From Ignavibacteriota bacterium (GTDB lineage: Bacteria > Bacteroidota > Ignavibacteria > Kapaibacteriales > UBA2268), in the NCBI GenBank assembly GCA_020437395.1, contig JAGQWJ010000001.1, positions 37,236-101,235 of the forward strand: a stretch of DNA of 64,000 bases, read 5' to 3'. Numbering within the stretch: the first letter of the stretch is position 1; every line of letters begins with the position of its first letter. Of the stretch, positions 30,450-40,953 are shown piece after piece. The notes below the pieces were generated by a model that worked only from the letters and a program-made list of their open reading frames with translations, was not told the origin of the DNA and did not search any database. A program made the position numbers and the translations under genes.

Positions 30450-31766
30450 TTATCTCACAACAAATTTCTGAGTGTAGATTGAGTTACCTTTTTGAATTCT
30501 AACAAAATAAACACCAGAGTTAAAATCAGCAGTGTTAATATTTGAAATCTGAAGATTCTGAGATAAAGTAACGTTTTGAGAGTAAACATTTGCACCAGTA
30601 GAAGAATAGATATTCAAGTTTGCTTGACCAAATTCTCCTCCTGCGTAAACAAGATTAACAGTTTCATTTTTGCTAATTACATTAGGGTAAACAGCGAACT
30701 TGCTATTATCATAATTTGAGTGACTTACAGAAGATATTTGTCCGTTTATAGTGAATTTACTTCCTTCAAAACCAGTGAAAACTAACTTATGCAATTCTCC
30801 AACTGGCATTTCTTCCGGACCATTACCGTTATCAACAGTTTCGAATCGTTGAACAAAATAAACTCTGTCCTCTTTCAATTCATAAACAAAGGTAGCGTTA
30901 TTAAATGTTTTCCAATCGCTACCTATAGCAGTTAAAGATGTAGAAAATTCCTCTTCCTTAGGTAAAGGAGTATCAATAACATCAACATCGTCTAATTGAG
31001 CAACTTTTATATTTCTATTTGAACGTACGCCTGAAACAGGATAAGGCAAGAAACCGCCTTGGAATGCTTCTAGGTTAACATATCTAGTAAACTCTAAATC
31101 CCATTCATTTATAGATGGCTCTCTGTCTAATGATTTGCCTTCTGCTAAATCATAATAACTTAATAGCTTTCCTGAGAAATTAGACTTTGTTAACTCACCT
31201 TCCATCTTGTTCTCATTATTCAAATCTGAATATGAAAAATAATATGTTCCTGTTACCATTTCGTTTAAAGTGATTTTTTTATACTCACCATTTCTCAGTT
31301 TAATCACATACATTTCAGAACCAATAATACCAACTCCCTGAGCATATTGTCCCCATCCATAATCACCAGTACCAGATTCATAACCATCTGATTCAAGATT
31401 AAATGCACCAAGTGACCATTTTTCAGTGGAGTTTAGTAGCTCTGACCAAATTTCAAATTTTCCAGATGTATCCAATACCATATCGTAGTCATCTATTGAA
31501 CCATCATTAACATGCCATAAACGAACACCATTAGCCCCATTGATTCTAACAGCACCATCTATAAACCCGTTCATAAACGCTATATCCCAATTTCTATTAT
31601 CAACATTAGTGATTTCAAGATTGGACAATTTCAAATACGCACTTTCTTTTTTATCATTTATATCTATCTCAATTGTTTGAGCCGATAATTGCATAGCACT
31701 GAACATAGTAAGCGCTAAGAGTGTAATTAATTTATTCATTTTATATACCTTAATTGTTTTTTGCAA
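30450..31766 (-). CDS. HmuY-like secreted protein with T9SS C-terminal sorting domain
   Basis: NRNWDIAFMNG and EWDLEFTRY motifs (HmuY-like). C-terminus SGVYFVRIQKGNSIYTQKFVVR is a T9SS sorting domain. First gene of the operon. Confidence 0.45.
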   Translation of the reverse strand: MQKTIKVYKMNKLITLLALTMFSAMQLSAQTIEIDINDKKESAYLKLSNLEITNVDNRNWDIAFMNGFIDGAVRINGANGVRLWHVNDGSIDDYDMVLDTSGKFEIWSELLNSTEKWSLGAFNLESDGYESGTGDYGWGQYAQGVGIIGSEMYVIKLRNGEYKKITLNEMVTGTYYFSYSDLNNENKMEGELTKSNFSGKLLSYYDLAEGKSLDREPSINEWDLEFTRYVNLEAFQGGFLPYPVSGVRSNRNIKVAQLDDVDVIDTPLPKEEEFSTSLTAIGSDWKTFNNATFVYELKEDRVYFVQRFETVDNGNGPEEMPVGELHKLVFTGFEGSKFTINGQISSVSHSNYDNSKFAVYPNVISKNETVNLVYAGGEFGQANLNIYSSTGANVYSQNVTLSQNLQISNINTADFNSGVYFVRIQKGNSIYTQKFVVR

Positions 31767-31864
31767 AATTCATTTCTTTCGAACGAATTTAATCATTAGT
31801 GATTTTTACTAATAGCAAACTTAAGACATTTTGATATTAAATTAGACATCTAAGCTATTTGTAA

Positions 31865-34800
31865 TTAAATGTTGTTACTTAGGGAAGCGAGTAACTGTTT
31901 TATTTTCAGCACATTGAACGTATCTAATGCAAGTTTTAATTCAATTACAAAATTCCTAAGTGAATCATTATTTTCCATTTCAGCAAGGAATTCTATTTTT
32001 TCTATAATCTTTCCTAACTCACGTGTGTTCAACTTCTTTTGTAATTTACCTATTTGATCTAAAACCTCATGCCTATTTAGAATCTCAATAGCATCTTTAT
32101 TAAGTAATTCACTGTCAAATTTTTCGACATATTCATTAATTTTAGACTCTTTCATACCAGTTTCTTCTAAGATAGCTTCATAAATTTCTTCGGCACGCAC
32201 TGGTTTAGTTAAGTATTGTTTGAAATAATCTTTGTCAATTTGTTTTTCTTCATCATAAACTTCCGCTGTAAGAGCAACCAATGGAATATTTTTCAATTTA
32301 TCATCATTAGTCCAAATTTCCGCCATTGTCATACCATCCATAATAGGCATGTGTAAATCTATAAATGCCAAATCAATTTTATTTTGACGAGCGATTTCTA
32401 AAGCATCTTCTCCATTTACAGCGAATAATACTTTCACTGAATAGTCCTCTAAAAATCCCTTAACAACTGCTCTATTTGACTCTATATCTTCTGCAAATAG
32501 AACGGTTTTGTCTTTTAAATCATATTTCTCAAATTCTGTTTTCCTTGAGATACTAACAATATTAGGACGCATTAGAGAAATGGAAATATCTGGTAAAATA
32601 ACCTCAAAAGTACTGCCAACACCTATTTCGGATTGGACTTCAATACTTCCATTATGCAGATAGACAATACTTTTCACAATAGATAAGCCCAGCCCAGTAC
32701 CTTCGTACTTTCTGGAGTCATTGGCATCTTCTTGTTCAAAAGGTTGGAATATACTATCTATTTTCTTTGGACTGATGCCTATTCCACTATCTTTAATTGT
32801 CAACTTCAATTGAATCTTTGAAGTATCCGTAGCATTGAAACTAAAACTTAGATTGAAATTCACAAAACCCTTATCTGTAAATTTAACAGCATTACCGATA
32901 AGGTTAATAAGAATCTGTTTTAACTTTCCTTCATCTAAGATTAAATAAGGAGGAATACTCTTGTCAACTACTGAAAAATATTCAATACCTTTTTTACTTG
33001 TGGAATATTCGAAGATTTTATCAATATCAGAAATAACTCGATTGATATCAACTGAAGCAAGGTTCAAAGTCATTTTATTTGCTTCGATTTTAGAAAAATC
33101 TAGAATATCATTTATTAAACTCAAAAGTGAATTTCCACTTTTAATAATCCCACTTATGTAATCTATATTTCTTTCATCTTTGTTATTATTTTGGAGTATT
33201 TCACTAAAACCCAAAATTGCATTCATTGGTGTTCTTATCTCGTGACTCATATTTGCGAGAAAAGTAGATTTAGCTTTGTTAGCGAGTTCCGCATTTTCTT
33301 TTGCTTCTTTTAACTCAATATTCGATTTTTTTAATTCAGAAATATCTAAGTTAATGCCATAAACTCTTGATACATTGTTATCACTGTCTTTTTCAATTTT
33401 TGTAATGGCCTTAATGTATTTCGTATTCGTATCTGAAAGAATTATACGAAATTCTGATTCATATTCTTCAATCTCGCCACTCAATATTTTGGATAAATTC
33501 TTGTCAGTTCTGATTTTATCGTCTGGATGTACAATTTTTTCAAATTGTTCAAATACATTATCTGAACCCTTAGGCAAATCAAATAGCAAATACATAGTGT
33601 CATTCCAAGATATTTTATTCGTTTTAATATCCCAATCCCAAACACCAATTTTTGTCGAATTTAGTATTAACTCATATTTTTCAGCTAACTCTCTTCTAAT
33701 CTCTTCATTTCTTTTTTCGTCCGTAATATCCAAATTCAATCCAACCATTCGAATAGCATAGTTCTCACTATCTCTATAAGTTTTTGAAACAGCCCTTATA
33801 TATCTTATTTCTCCGTTTTCCCATATCACTCTGAACTCAGTATCGAATTCTACACTTGGTGTTTTCAAAACATTGGCTATTTCTTTGTTTATTCTATCTA
33901 CGTCGTCCGGATGTAATCTATTTTTGTAATCTTCGTAGCTTTCAACTTTGTTTTTTCTATCTATTCCGTAGAGTTCATACATAAGATCATTCCATACGAG
34001 AGTATTTGAATTAATGGTCCAATCCCAAACTCCTACTTTTATAGAATCAAGTATAAACTTATATTCCTCATTAATTTCTGATTTCTCTAATTCTGCATTT
34101 ATCAGATCCGTTTTATCTTCCAATCCCCATATCTCGCCTATGGAAGTTAATTTATCTCTAAATGCTACTTTCTTTATTGCCCCAGATTTAGTAATTAAAT
34201 CAACAATAACTTCATTTTCAAAATCTTTATTCTTATTCTCATTATAGATTTCTTTTACTTTTTCGGCTTCATCACTATATAGTTTTTGAAACCAATCATC
34301 AATATTGTTTATCTCCTTATTCGAATAACCAATAATCTTCTCAACTGCTTTGTTAAAATACAAACCGTCTTCATTACTTAAAACTGCACCGTAAGGTAAA
34401 TCATCAACTAATTGCTCAAACCTCTTTGCTGTTGACTGCAAATCAAACTGTTGTTCTTTAGCTATCGTAATATCTTCTATCATACCTACGAAACCTGTAA
34501 TGACTTTGTTCGAATCTTTTATTGGTTTCGCCTTGACTGCAATATTTTTGAATTCATTGTTGGCTTGAACTCTATATTCGTTGATGTAGTATTCATCATT
34601 CTTTTTTACTGAATCGTACCAAGATTGAAAAATCCTTTCTCGGTCTCCTTCATAAATTCCTTCTTTCCATCCTTCACCCATACAGTCGTCATATTCCATT
34701 CCGACAATTTCAGTATATCGTTTATTAACAAATTGACACATTCCATTCGAATCTGTTAAAAACAAACCAATAGGTGATAGTTCTGAGATTGTAGCAAATC

Positions 34801-35446
34801 GTTTTTCTCTGAAGTAAATTTCCTTATTTCGCTCTTCTAATTCTCTAAGTGATTCTTCCCGTTCTTTGCTTACTCTTGCAATTTTGATTGCTAACTTATC
34901 AAGCTTTCTAACAGCTGGTAAAATTATAAAAACCAGAACTAATGTCAACACTATCATAGAAAGAATAACAAGTGTTAAAACTATTTTCTGCGTTTGATTT
35001 AACTGTTTATGCTCTTTGTCCAAAATATTTTGGATAAAATGCCTACTGTTTTCTTTTATATTTGTCGCCGATTCAATAATTCTTTCTGTTATAGATTGAT
35101 TAACAGTATCACTTGTTGAAACTTCCATATTTTGGATGTCCGACCGAATAGATAGATTTAATTTTTGATTTTCTTCCAAATACAATAAATCAAGTTGTTC
35201 GACTTCCGTGAACAAGCTTTGAATTTTCTCTTTAACAAAATTAGTATTTGTTGGCGATTGAAGAATATCATCTGCTATAAAGCTGACTCTACTCATTGTT
35301 TTATAATTCTCAGAAATTAAGGTCATTTTGTTCATCTCATCAATGGAGATTAAAGCAATAGTAGCAACAGTTAGAATAAAGAAAGCATAAAAAATCCACA
35401 GTATATTATAAATTCTTTTATATTGATTACTTTTTGGTATTTTCAT
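31865..35446 (-). CDS. Hybrid sensor histidine kinase / response regulator with multiple PAS domains and C-terminal HPt-like domain
   Basis: N-terminal TM segments, at least 4 PAS-like repeats, HisKA H-box HEIRTPMNAILGF, HATPase_c (G-boxes), receiver domain (D..DLAFIDLHMPIMDG), C-terminal helical domain. Confidence 0.85.
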   Translation of the reverse strand: MKIPKSNQYKRIYNILWIFYAFFILTVATIALISIDEMNKMTLISENYKTMSRVSFIADDILQSPTNTNFVKEKIQSLFTEVEQLDLLYLEENQKLNLSIRSDIQNMEVSTSDTVNQSITERIIESATNIKENSRHFIQNILDKEHKQLNQTQKIVLTLVILSMIVLTLVLVFIILPAVRKLDKLAIKIARVSKEREESLRELEERNKEIYFREKRFATISELSPIGLFLTDSNGMCQFVNKRYTEIVGMEYDDCMGEGWKEGIYEGDRERIFQSWYDSVKKNDEYYINEYRVQANNEFKNIAVKAKPIKDSNKVITGFVGMIEDITIAKEQQFDLQSTAKRFEQLVDDLPYGAVLSNEDGLYFNKAVEKIIGYSNKEINNIDDWFQKLYSDEAEKVKEIYNENKNKDFENEVIVDLITKSGAIKKVAFRDKLTSIGEIWGLEDKTDLINAELEKSEINEEYKFILDSIKVGVWDWTINSNTLVWNDLMYELYGIDRKNKVESYEDYKNRLHPDDVDRINKEIANVLKTPSVEFDTEFRVIWENGEIRYIRAVSKTYRDSENYAIRMVGLNLDITDEKRNEEIRRELAEKYELILNSTKIGVWDWDIKTNKISWNDTMYLLFDLPKGSDNVFEQFEKIVHPDDKIRTDKNLSKILSGEIEEYESEFRIILSDTNTKYIKAITKIEKDSDNNVSRVYGINLDISELKKSNIELKEAKENAELANKAKSTFLANMSHEIRTPMNAILGFSEILQNNNKDERNIDYISGIIKSGNSLLSLINDILDFSKIEANKMTLNLASVDINRVISDIDKIFEYSTSKKGIEYFSVVDKSIPPYLILDEGKLKQILINLIGNAVKFTDKGFVNFNLSFSFNATDTSKIQLKLTIKDSGIGISPKKIDSIFQPFEQEDANDSRKYEGTGLGLSIVKSIVYLHNGSIEVQSEIGVGSTFEVILPDISISLMRPNIVSISRKTEFEKYDLKDKTVLFAEDIESNRAVVKGFLEDYSVKVLFAVNGEDALEIARQNKIDLAFIDLHMPIMDGMTMAEIWTNDDKLKNIPLVALTAEVYDEEKQIDKDYFKQYLTKPVRAEEIYEAILEETGMKESKINEYVEKFDSELLNKDAIEILNRHEVLDQIGKLQKKLNTRELGKIIEKIEFLAEMENNDSLRNFVIELKLALDTFNVLKIKQLLASLSNNI

Positions 35447-35546
35447 TTTTTCTTGCTATCTTTATTTAGAATATAAAAGAGAATTTAGTTTTTTTTAATT
35501 TGTAAATATATGAAATAATTAGACACAAAAAGAGGATTATTAAATC

Positions 35547-36737
35547 ATGGAAATGGATATTTGTTATGGTGGAATTCCGAGTAAAATTCCAAATAACTCA
35601 ATGGGAATTCGTGGTTACGATTATGTAGAATTTTATGTTGGCTCAGGAAAAATGACGGCATATTGGCACGCAAAAGCTTTGGGGCTGGATATAGTTGCTT
35701 ACCAGGGGCCAGAAACAGGGACAAGGGACAGGATATCATTTTTACTGGCAACAAAAACAAATATGAAGATAATGATAACTGCTGCGTTGCAACCAAGTAC
35801 TTCTGAAATTATTTCTTTCATAAATCAACACGGCGATGGAGTAAAAAGATGGTGTTTAGAAGTAGTCGATGTAAAAAAAACATATAATGCGGCAATAAAA
35901 AATGGTGGCGTTCCAGTAAAACCTCCTTATAAGTTAGAAGATGAATATGGCTACGTTGAACAAGCAGCTATTAAGTTATATGACGATGCCGAAATAAACT
36001 TCATAAACTATGATAATTACAAAGGACTTTTCAAGCCTGGATTTGACAAACCTGTTCAGAACTACGATATTGAACGCAAAACAACGGGTCTAACTCATAT
36101 AGACCACATAGTTGGTAATGTTCACGTAAATGAAATGGATTTTTGGGCTAATTATATAAACCGAGTATTGGATTTCGAGACATTTGTTGACTATGGTCCA
36201 GGAGATATTTCAACTCAATATTCGGCACTTTTATCTAAAGTAGTACGATCCAAAGATGGCGTAATACAAAACCCAATAAATGAGCCATACAAAGGGAAAC
36301 GATTGTCTCAGATTGACGAGTATATAATTCAGTATCATGGAACTGGGATACAGCACATTGCTCTTTCGACTACTGATATTATCCGTACTGTTAGAAATCT
36401 TAGAGAAAATGGAATGGAGTTTTTAGATAGGGCTCCGAAAAATTATTATGATACGATCAGAGAAAAAAGTAAGAAATTAGACGGATTGATAACAGAAGAT
36501 ATTGACACCTTAGAAGAGCTCGGAATATTAGTCGATGTGGAAATTGGTAGTGGCGGATATTTGCTACAACTATTTACTAAACCAATTGGCGATAGACCAA
36601 CATTTTTCTATGAGATTATTCAACGTAGAAAAGGTGCCACAGGGTTTGGACAAGGAAATTTCCAAGCGCTTTTTGAGTCAATTGAAAGGGATCAAGAAAG
36701 ACGTGGCAACTTAACCGAAACAAACGAAGACGAATAG
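35547..36737 (+). CDS. hppD: 4-hydroxyphenylpyruvate dioxygenase
   Basis: Two VOC/glyoxalase domains. C-terminal signature GFGQGNFQALFESIE characteristic of HPPD. Confidence 0.85.
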   Translation: MEMDICYGGIPSKIPNNSMGIRGYDYVEFYVGSGKMTAYWHAKALGLDIVAYQGPETGTRDRISFLLATKTNMKIMITAALQPSTSEIISFINQHGDGVKRWCLEVVDVKKTYNAAIKNGGVPVKPPYKLEDEYGYVEQAAIKLYDDAEINFINYDNYKGLFKPGFDKPVQNYDIERKTTGLTHIDHIVGNVHVNEMDFWANYINRVLDFETFVDYGPGDISTQYSALLSKVVRSKDGVIQNPINEPYKGKRLSQIDEYIIQYHGTGIQHIALSTTDIIRTVRNLRENGMEFLDRAPKNYYDTIREKSKKLDGLITEDIDTLEELGILVDVEIGSGGYLLQLFTKPIGDRPTFFYEIIQRRKGATGFGQGNFQALFESIERDQERRGNLTETNEDE

Positions 36738-36764
36738 TCTGCTCGGAAAAGAAGCAATTAATTT

Positions 36765-36799
36765 AAAAAGTGCCAGATATTTTAACTGGCACTTTTTTT
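36765..36799. terminator. Bidirectional rho-independent terminator
   Basis: AAAAGTGCCAG-loop-CTGGCACTTTTTTT between the convergent hppD and RND genes. Confidence 0.65.
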
Positions 36800-39700
36800 A
36801 TTCAATTTGAATTTTTCCTTAACACTTTCAACAGTGTAGTAAATAACAGGTACTAAGTAAACCGTCAAGATTAATGAAGACAGAAGTCCTCCAATAATAA
36901 CCCAAGCTAAACCATTTTTCCATTCGCTTCCAGTGCCTTTTGCAAGAGCAATTGGCAACATACCAATTACCATAGAAAGAGTTGTCATAAGAATGGGTCT
37001 CAATCTTCCTTTACCAGCAACAACTAATGCCTTGGAGTAGTGAACACCATCATTTTTTAATTGATTTGTAAAGTCAACAATTAGAATAGCATTTTTTGCA
37101 ACTAATCCCATTAACATTATAAGTCCTAGTAATGCAAATAAACTAAGATGACTCAATGACAAGTTAAGAGCTAAGAATGCACCAATTGCTGCTACAGGAA
37201 TTGAGAATAGGACTACGAATGGATAGATAAAGCTATCATAAAGCGCAACCATTATTAAGTAAATTAACAAAAATGAAATCAAAAGCACAGAGCCAAGTGC
37301 TGAGAAACTATCGTTTTGACGTTTTATATCACTACCCCATGCCATTTGTATCCCATTTGGCAAAGGGTTTTGTTTCAAATAAGCAACAACTTCATCGGCA
37401 ACTGTTCCTGATGGCCTACCTAATGCGTCAGCAGTCAATGTAACAGCTGGTTGTCTATCTTTTCGCTCTAATAATGAAGGCGAGTTATCTTGAACGATTG
37501 TTGCAAATTGTGATAGCTCGACTGGTATTCCCTTTGGGTTCACAAATACCATATTTTTCAAATCATCATAATTTTCCCTATTAAACTCATCAAGTAATAC
37601 ACGGATAGGATATTCTATCCCCTCTTCAGTCAAACTAGCATCATCATTTCCAGTAATAGAATAACGTAAATTCATACCAACATAAGCGGTATTTAATCCA
37701 AAACGTTGCATTCTTTCTGCATCTGGTATAACTTTATACTCCTGTGCCCCCTCTTCCACTGAGAGTTGAACATTGTCAGAGCCCGGAATTTTTTCAATAA
37801 TTTCTTTCAAGTCTTTTGCAGCACTCATAACTAATTTTGTATCAGTTCCGCTTAAAGTTATTTCAATTGGCGAAGTTCTAGGAACTAAACCAAGACTCAT
37901 CATAGAATAGTTTATCGCAGGAAATTCTTTTTGTAACCGAGGTCTTATAAGCTTCATAAAATCTTCGGTTGATTTGTTTTCCCTTTCTTCCTTCGATTTC
38001 AGTTGAATAGTCAACTCTGTTTTATTACTTGAACCAACACCCAAGCTACCCAGTCCTGTTCCAGCACCACCTACATTGCTAAAAACGGATTTAACATCAG
38101 GTTGGCTAATTATGTAATCCTCTATCATTTTTGATCGGATATTATTTTGCTTTAAGGTAATAGATTTATCGTATTCCAATGTTAGTTTGAATTTACCTTG
38201 GTCACCAGTAGCAATTAATTCACTCCCTATTATCCCTTGATTCATCATCACAACTGTTCCTAGGAAAAGTAGAATAACAAATCCACCGAAAAGAAGTTTA
38301 TGTTTGAGTACCCACTCAAGTTGATTTCCATACCAATCTGTAAATCTTTCCAACTGTAGCTCGAACCAAAGTAGAAATTTATTGAAAAGATTAGTTGGCT
38401 GTAAATCTTCAGACTTACCTATTCTCGATGTAAGCCAAGGGGTGAGAGTAAATCCGACTAACAAACTTGTTAAAGTAGAAGTTACTACAACTACAGAAAA
38501 TTGTTTTAACATATCGGCAACAAAAACTTGAAGAAATAATATCGGAACAAATACTACAACATCAACTAAAGTAATTGAAAGAGCTGAGAAACCAATTTCC
38601 ATACGACCTTCGAGAGCCGCTACACTTTTATCCTTTTTCATATCCAAATGGCGTTGAATATTCTCAAGAACAACTGTTGCATCATCCACTAAAATTCCAA
38701 TGATTAGGGACATTGCGAGAAGTGTCATCAGATTTAGGGTATAGCCCAACAACCACATAACAGCAAAAGCAGTTACTAATGATGTCGGTATTGCAATCAA
38801 CACAATAAATGAATTACGGAGACTACGTAGAAACAAAAGCATAACTAACGAAACTAACAATACTGCAAGAATCAGGTCAATTACTACCGAATTTACGGCT
38901 TCAATAGTATTGTCTGTACTATTATCTGTAATAATGAATTCGACTCCTGCATCTTTATTTTTTTGCATTATCTCTTCAAATTTTGCTTCAATTAATCTTG
39001 AAACATCAACAGCGTTTGCGTCTCCTTGTTTTTTTATAAGCAAGCCGATACTGTTTTTACCGTTATATCTGCTGATAGAAGTTGGCTCTTTAATACCATC
39101 TATTACATCTGCAATATCACGGACATAAATGGGGTTATTTGGAATCGGCATTGCAATTTGAACATTCTTAACGGCTTCTATATTATTGAACTTTCCTGTT
39201 AATCTAACAGAGCTATTCAACTCATCTGATTCTATATTGCCTGCGGGCAAATCTAGACCAGACTTATTAATGGCCTCTATAATTTGCAGCATTGAAATAT
39301 TGTTTAATTTCATTCTATCTCTATCGACTTTGACTTGTATTTCTCTTTCCTCTCCACCAATTACTGTGATTTCCGCAACACCTTTAAGCTGTTGGAGCTG
39401 AGGTAAATAATCGTCTTTCAATCTTTGATAAAATTCTGTTGCCGCTAAATTACTGTTTGCACTAACAGTTATAATAGGTAGGTCGTTTGGTGATACACTG
39501 CTCATCTCTGGACTCAACACTTCATTTGGCAATTCCTTACTAACAATATCTATGTATCTTTGAGCATCCTGCATTGTCTTATTTACATCTGTCCCATATT
39601 TTAAATTTGCTATCACGACCGATGCGTTTGGCAATGACTTAGTGACAATAAAATCTACACCCTCGAGATTAGAAAGTGCATCTTCGACTGTTCTTGATAC

Positions 39701-39889
39701 GGAACTTTCGACTTCTTCGGGTGAAGCTCCTGGGTAAACTGTTTTGATTACAACTACTGGTTGATTAAAATCTGGCATAAGTTCATAGCTAAGATTTGTA
39801 AATCCTATATAACCAAGTAGAACTAATAAACTAAATAGTACTATTATCAAAGAAGGTCTTTTTATTGATATTTCTGTAATATTCATCAT
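36782..39889 (-). CDS. RND efflux pump inner-membrane transporter (AcrB/CzcA superfamily)
   Basis: 1035 aa. 12-TM RND architecture. TM4 motif GILVDDATVVLENI. Confidence 0.85.
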   Translation of the reverse strand: MMNITEISIKRPSLIIVLFSLLVLLGYIGFTNLSYELMPDFNQPVVVIKTVYPGASPEEVESSVSRTVEDALSNLEGVDFIVTKSLPNASVVIANLKYGTDVNKTMQDAQRYIDIVSKELPNEVLSPEMSSVSPNDLPIITVSANSNLAATEFYQRLKDDYLPQLQQLKGVAEITVIGGEEREIQVKVDRDRMKLNNISMLQIIEAINKSGLDLPAGNIESDELNSSVRLTGKFNNIEAVKNVQIAMPIPNNPIYVRDIADVIDGIKEPTSISRYNGKNSIGLLIKKQGDANAVDVSRLIEAKFEEIMQKNKDAGVEFIITDNSTDNTIEAVNSVVIDLILAVLLVSLVMLLFLRSLRNSFIVLIAIPTSLVTAFAVMWLLGYTLNLMTLLAMSLIIGILVDDATVVLENIQRHLDMKKDKSVAALEGRMEIGFSALSITLVDVVVFVPILFLQVFVADMLKQFSVVVVTSTLTSLLVGFTLTPWLTSRIGKSEDLQPTNLFNKFLLWFELQLERFTDWYGNQLEWVLKHKLLFGGFVILLFLGTVVMMNQGIIGSELIATGDQGKFKLTLEYDKSITLKQNNIRSKMIEDYIISQPDVKSVFSNVGGAGTGLGSLGVGSSNKTELTIQLKSKEERENKSTEDFMKLIRPRLQKEFPAINYSMMSLGLVPRTSPIEITLSGTDTKLVMSAAKDLKEIIEKIPGSDNVQLSVEEGAQEYKVIPDAERMQRFGLNTAYVGMNLRYSITGNDDASLTEEGIEYPIRVLLDEFNRENYDDLKNMVFVNPKGIPVELSQFATIVQDNSPSLLERKDRQPAVTLTADALGRPSGTVADEVVAYLKQNPLPNGIQMAWGSDIKRQNDSFSALGSVLLISFLLIYLIMVALYDSFIYPFVVLFSIPVAAIGAFLALNLSLSHLSLFALLGLIMLMGLVAKNAILIVDFTNQLKNDGVHYSKALVVAGKGRLRPILMTTLSMVIGMLPIALAKGTGSEWKNGLAWVIIGGLLSSLILTVYLVPVIYYTVESVKEKFKLNKKSAS

Positions 39890-39894
39890 ATTCC

Positions 39895-40947
39895 CTATTT
39901 AATTACATTTATATTTGCATTATCAAATAAGTTAATAAACCCACTTGTAATAATGCTATCCCCTACTTCTAAACCATTTGTAACTATTACCCTATCGCCA
40001 ATTCTATCACTTATTGTGATTTGTCTTAATTTTGCTTTCCCTTTTTCAACTTTATATATTTGTGGGTTTGTACTTGAACCGATTAAACTCTTTGAATCTA
40101 TCCAAATTTCATTTTTTCTAGAATTTCTAACTGTTTTGAACTTACCGAACATTCCAGCTTTAATCAATCTATCAGCTGTATTTTCTAAGCTGAAGATTAC
40201 TGGAAAAGTATTAGACATATTTCCTTTACTTCCTATCATTATAATCTTACCATTTATTTCTAGGTCTGGATAAGCATCTACAGTAAGTTTATATGAATTG
40301 CCTATTTGAAATTGTTTTATCTGTTTTTCGGTAACATTTATCGCGAATTTCAATTTTGAAATATCTGTAATTTGAAAAAGAGGTACACCAGGAGCTGCAA
40401 AAGCACCAACTTCTACAAATTGCATAGTAACTATGCCATCAAATGGTGCCCTTACTGTACTTTTTCGGATTTGTTCTTTAATTGTTTCTAATTGATTTTT
40501 TGCTGTTTGCAAACCGAGTTCTACCTTTTCTAGCTTAACTCCCTGAATAGCATCAGCAATACTTAACTTATTGTATCTATCAACATCTATTTCTAAACCT
40601 CTTATTTGAATTTCAATTCCTTCTTTTTGTAATTTCAATAAAGAATTGTCAAGTTGAATTAACGGTTGACCTTTTTTTACAAAATCACCTTCATTCACGT
40701 AGGTTTCAGTAACTTTGCCTTGTATCTCTGTGTTCAGCTTCACTTCCTTATCAGGGAGAAAATTACCAACAATTTCGGTTTCAAAATCTATGGATTTACT
40801 TGCTACTACATCAACTTTGACTTCTATAGCCGCACTTTTATCGAGTTTATAGACTCTATTTTGTGTAATCTCCTTATTCTTTATTAATTGTAAAGCCACA
40901 ATTGCAACTAAAGCAACTGCTACAATTATATAGATTATTTTTTTCAT
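39895..40947 (-). CDS. RND efflux membrane fusion (periplasmic adaptor) protein
   Basis: 350 aa. N-terminal TM anchor, coiled-coil hairpin, biotinyl/lipoyl-like and beta-barrel segments. Confidence 0.75.
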   Translation of the reverse strand: MKKIIYIIVAVALVAIVALQLIKNKEITQNRVYKLDKSAAIEVKVDVVASKSIDFETEIVGNFLPDKEVKLNTEIQGKVTETYVNEGDFVKKGQPLIQLDNSLLKLQKEGIEIQIRGLEIDVDRYNKLSIADAIQGVKLEKVELGLQTAKNQLETIKEQIRKSTVRAPFDGIVTMQFVEVGAFAAPGVPLFQITDISKLKFAINVTEKQIKQFQIGNSYKLTVDAYPDLEINGKIIMIGSKGNMSNTFPVIFSLENTADRLIKAGMFGKFKTVRNSRKNEIWIDSKSLIGSSTNPQIYKVEKGKAKLRQITISDRIGDRVIVTNGLEVGDSIITSGFINLFDNANINVIK

Positions 40948-40953
40948 TATTGT

